From Eledone cirrhosa (Eukaryota), in contig OZ024751.1 of assembly GCA_964016885.1 (NCBI GenBank), forward strand, positions 1,674,001-1,738,000: a DNA stretch of 64,000 nucleotides. The letters run 5' to 3'. The position numbers were made by a program, and so were the translations under genes. The notes beneath the pieces are model-generated. The model made no database searches. It was not told the origin of the DNA and was given only the letters and a program-made list of their open reading frames with translations. Shown piece after piece: positions 62,211 through 64,000 of the stretch. Within the stretch, counting starts at the first letter, position 1; every line of letters starts with the position of its first letter.

Positions 62211-64000
62211 GTGTTACTGTTGTTGGTGTTGGTGATGTTACTGTTGTTGGTGTTGTTGGTGTTACTGTTATTGGTGTTACTGTTGTTGGTGTTGGTGGTG
62301 TGACTGTTGTTGGTGTTGTTGGTGTTACTGTTGTTGGTGTTGTTAGTGTTACTGTTGTTGGTGTTGTTAGTGTTACTGTTGTTGGTGTTGTTGGTGTTAC
62401 TGTTGTTGGTGTTGTTAGTGTTGCTGTTGTTGGTGTTGTTATTGTTACTGTTGTTGGTGTTGCTGGTGTTACTGTTGTTGGTGTTGTTGGTGTTACTGCT
62501 GTTGGTGTTGTTGGTGTTACTGTTGTTGGTGTTGTTGGTGTTACTGTTGTTGGTGTTATTAGTGTTACTGTTGTTGGTGTTGTTAGTGTTACTGTTGTTG
62601 GTGTTGTTGGTGTTAATGTTGTTGGTGTTGTTAGTGTTATTGTTGTTGGTGTTGTTAGTGTTACTGTTGTTGGTGTTGTTGGTGTTACTGTTGTTGGTGT
62701 TGTTAGTGTTACTGTTGTTGGTGTTGTTAGTGTTACTGTTGTTGGTGTTGTTGGTGTTACTGTTGTTGGTGTTGTTGGTGTTACTGTTGTTGCTGTTGTT
62801 AGTGTTACTGTTGTTGGTGTTGTTGGTGTTACTGTTGTTGGTGTTGTTAGTGTTACTGTTGTTGGTGTTGTTTTTGTTGGTGTTGGTGGTGTTGGTGTTA
62901 CTGTTGTTGGTGTTGGTGGTCTTACTCTTGTTGGTGTTGTTGATGTTACTGTTGTTGGTGTTGTTTTTGTTGGTGTTGTTTTTGTTGGTGTTGGTGGTGT
63001 TGGTGTTACTGTTGTTGGTGTTGGTGGTCTTACTGTTGTTGGTGTTGTTGGTGTTACTGTTGTTGGTGTTGTTGGTGTTACTGTTGTTGGTGTTGTTGGT
63101 GTTACTGTTGTTGGTGTTGTTGGTGTTACTGTTGTTGGTGTTACTGTTGTTGGTGTTGTTTTTGTTGGTGTTGGTGGTGTTGGTTTTACTGTTGTTGGTG
63201 TTGTTGGTGTTACCGTTGTTGGTGTTGGTGGTCTTACTGTTGTTGGTGTTGTTGGTATTACTGTTGTTGGTGTTGTTGGTGTTACTGTTGTTGGTGTTGT
63301 TGGTGTTACTGTTGTTGGTGTTGTTGGTTTCACTGTTGTTGGTGTTGTTGGTGTTACTGTTGATGGTGTTGTTGGTGTTACTGTTGTTGGTGTTGTTGGT
63401 GTTACTGTTGTTGTTGTTGTTGTTGGTGTTACTGTTGTTGGTGTTGGTGATACTGTTGTTGGTCTTGTTAGTGTTACTGTTGTTGGTGTTGGTGTTGGTG
63501 TTACTGTTGTTGGTGTTGTTGGTGTTACTGTTGTTGGTGTTGTTGGTGTTACTGTTGTGGTGTTGTTAGTGTTACTGTTGTTGGTGTTGTTAGTGTTACT
63601 GTTGTTGTTTTTGTTGGTGTTACTGTTGTTGGTGTTGTCAGTGTTACTGTTGTTGGTGTTGTTAGTGTTACTGTTGTTGGTGTTGTTGGTGTTACTGTTG
63701 TTGGTGTTGTTGGTCTTACTGTTGTTGGTGATGTTGGTGTTACTGTTGTTGGTGTTGTTGGTTTTACTGTTGTTGGTGTTGTTGGTGTTACTGTTGTTGG
63801 TGTTGTTGGTTTTACTGTTGTTGGTGTTGTTGGTGTTACTGTTGTTGGTGTTGTTGGTGTTACTGTTGTTGGTGTTGTTAGTATTACTGTTGTTGGTGTT
63901 GGTGGTGTTACTGTTGTTGGTGTTGTTGGTGTTACTGTTGTTGGTGTTGTTGGTGTTACTGTTGTTGGTGTTGCTAGTGTTACTGTTGTTGGTGTTGTTG
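62150..64000. repeat. Further copy of the block starting near 54,035 (offset ~8.1 kb), running to the window edge
   Basis: Minus-strand ORFs 54035-55177 and 62152-63333 are near-identical. They share the 'gatgttact' and 'ttcact' variants, and (GTT)6 and 'gctagt' follow in both copies. Confidence 0.88.

Larger units (their letters stand above)
1..64000. repeat. Tandem satellite/minisatellite array, 24-bp consensus GGTGTTACTGTTGTTGGTGTTGTT (roughly 2,700 monomers); runs off both window edges
   Basis: Clean monomer at 10-33, and the same register recurs to position 64000. Variants are point substitutions (agt, att, ctt, gat, ttt, tgt, gct, aat triplets), loss or gain of 3/9/15-bp subunits, and a few 1-bp indels. 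No unique sequence or inversion was seen. Confidence 0.99.

Noticed and set aside
54035-63333. Minus-strand Thr/Pro ORFs 54035-55177 and 62152-63333 as standalone mucin genes
   Set aside because: The start is a GTG created by the 'ttcact' variant mid-array, and the end is a frameshift into the TAA frame.
2-63569. Plus-strand poly-Leu/Val, Gly-Val-Thr and Cys/Trp ORFs up to 1267 aa
   Set aside because: They are translations of a stop-free repeat with GTG/TTG/CTG pseudo-starts, overlap in all frames, and switch peptide type at each indel. No domain content is present.
1-64000. CRISPR array (24-bp direct repeat)
   Set aside because: The monomers are directly adjacent with no unique spacers, no leader and no cas genes.
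1-64000. Ice-nucleation or antifreeze protein gene (8-residue periodicity)
   Set aside because: The octapeptides do not match the InaZ-type AGYGSTxT motif or insect TCT repeats, and the frames are interrupted.
1-64000. Strong G-quadruplex, hairpin or structured ncRNA potential
   Set aside because: The consensus has only GG doublets separated by 7 and 13 nt, and almost no A or C on this strand for self-pairing.
1-64000. Pure sequencing artefact or synthetic low-complexity sequence
   Set aside because: Nested duplications with shared and private variants look like real array evolution. Exact copy numbers and single-base indels still need read support.

Overview
The whole 64 kb window is one uninterrupted, single-orientation tandem array of a 24-bp monomer, GGTGTTACTGTTGTTGGTGTTGTT. 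The consensus has 22 of 24 bases G or T and about 42% GC. The monomer looks like a (GTT)n trinucleotide repeat elaborated into 9-bp and 15-bp subunits. Diagnostic substitutions and 1-bp indels recur in a conserved order, revealing a variable ~2-2.6 kb higher-order unit and recent tandem duplications with periods of 1376, 2011, 5092, 1691, 1915-2047, 2043, 1933 and 3532 bp. One minus-strand frame reads as a mucin-like (TTPTTVTP)n, but it is broken by recurrent 1-bp indels and a few stop codons. No unique sequence, protein domain, RNA gene, CRISPR spacer or transposon end is visible. The best call is a eukaryote-type satellite or giant minisatellite; a decayed or mis-assembled mucin PTS exon is the alternative. 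I find no support for a novel multi-gene system here. The interest lies in the array architecture. All periods were measured by eye from marker positions and the ORF track, and block boundaries are approximate.
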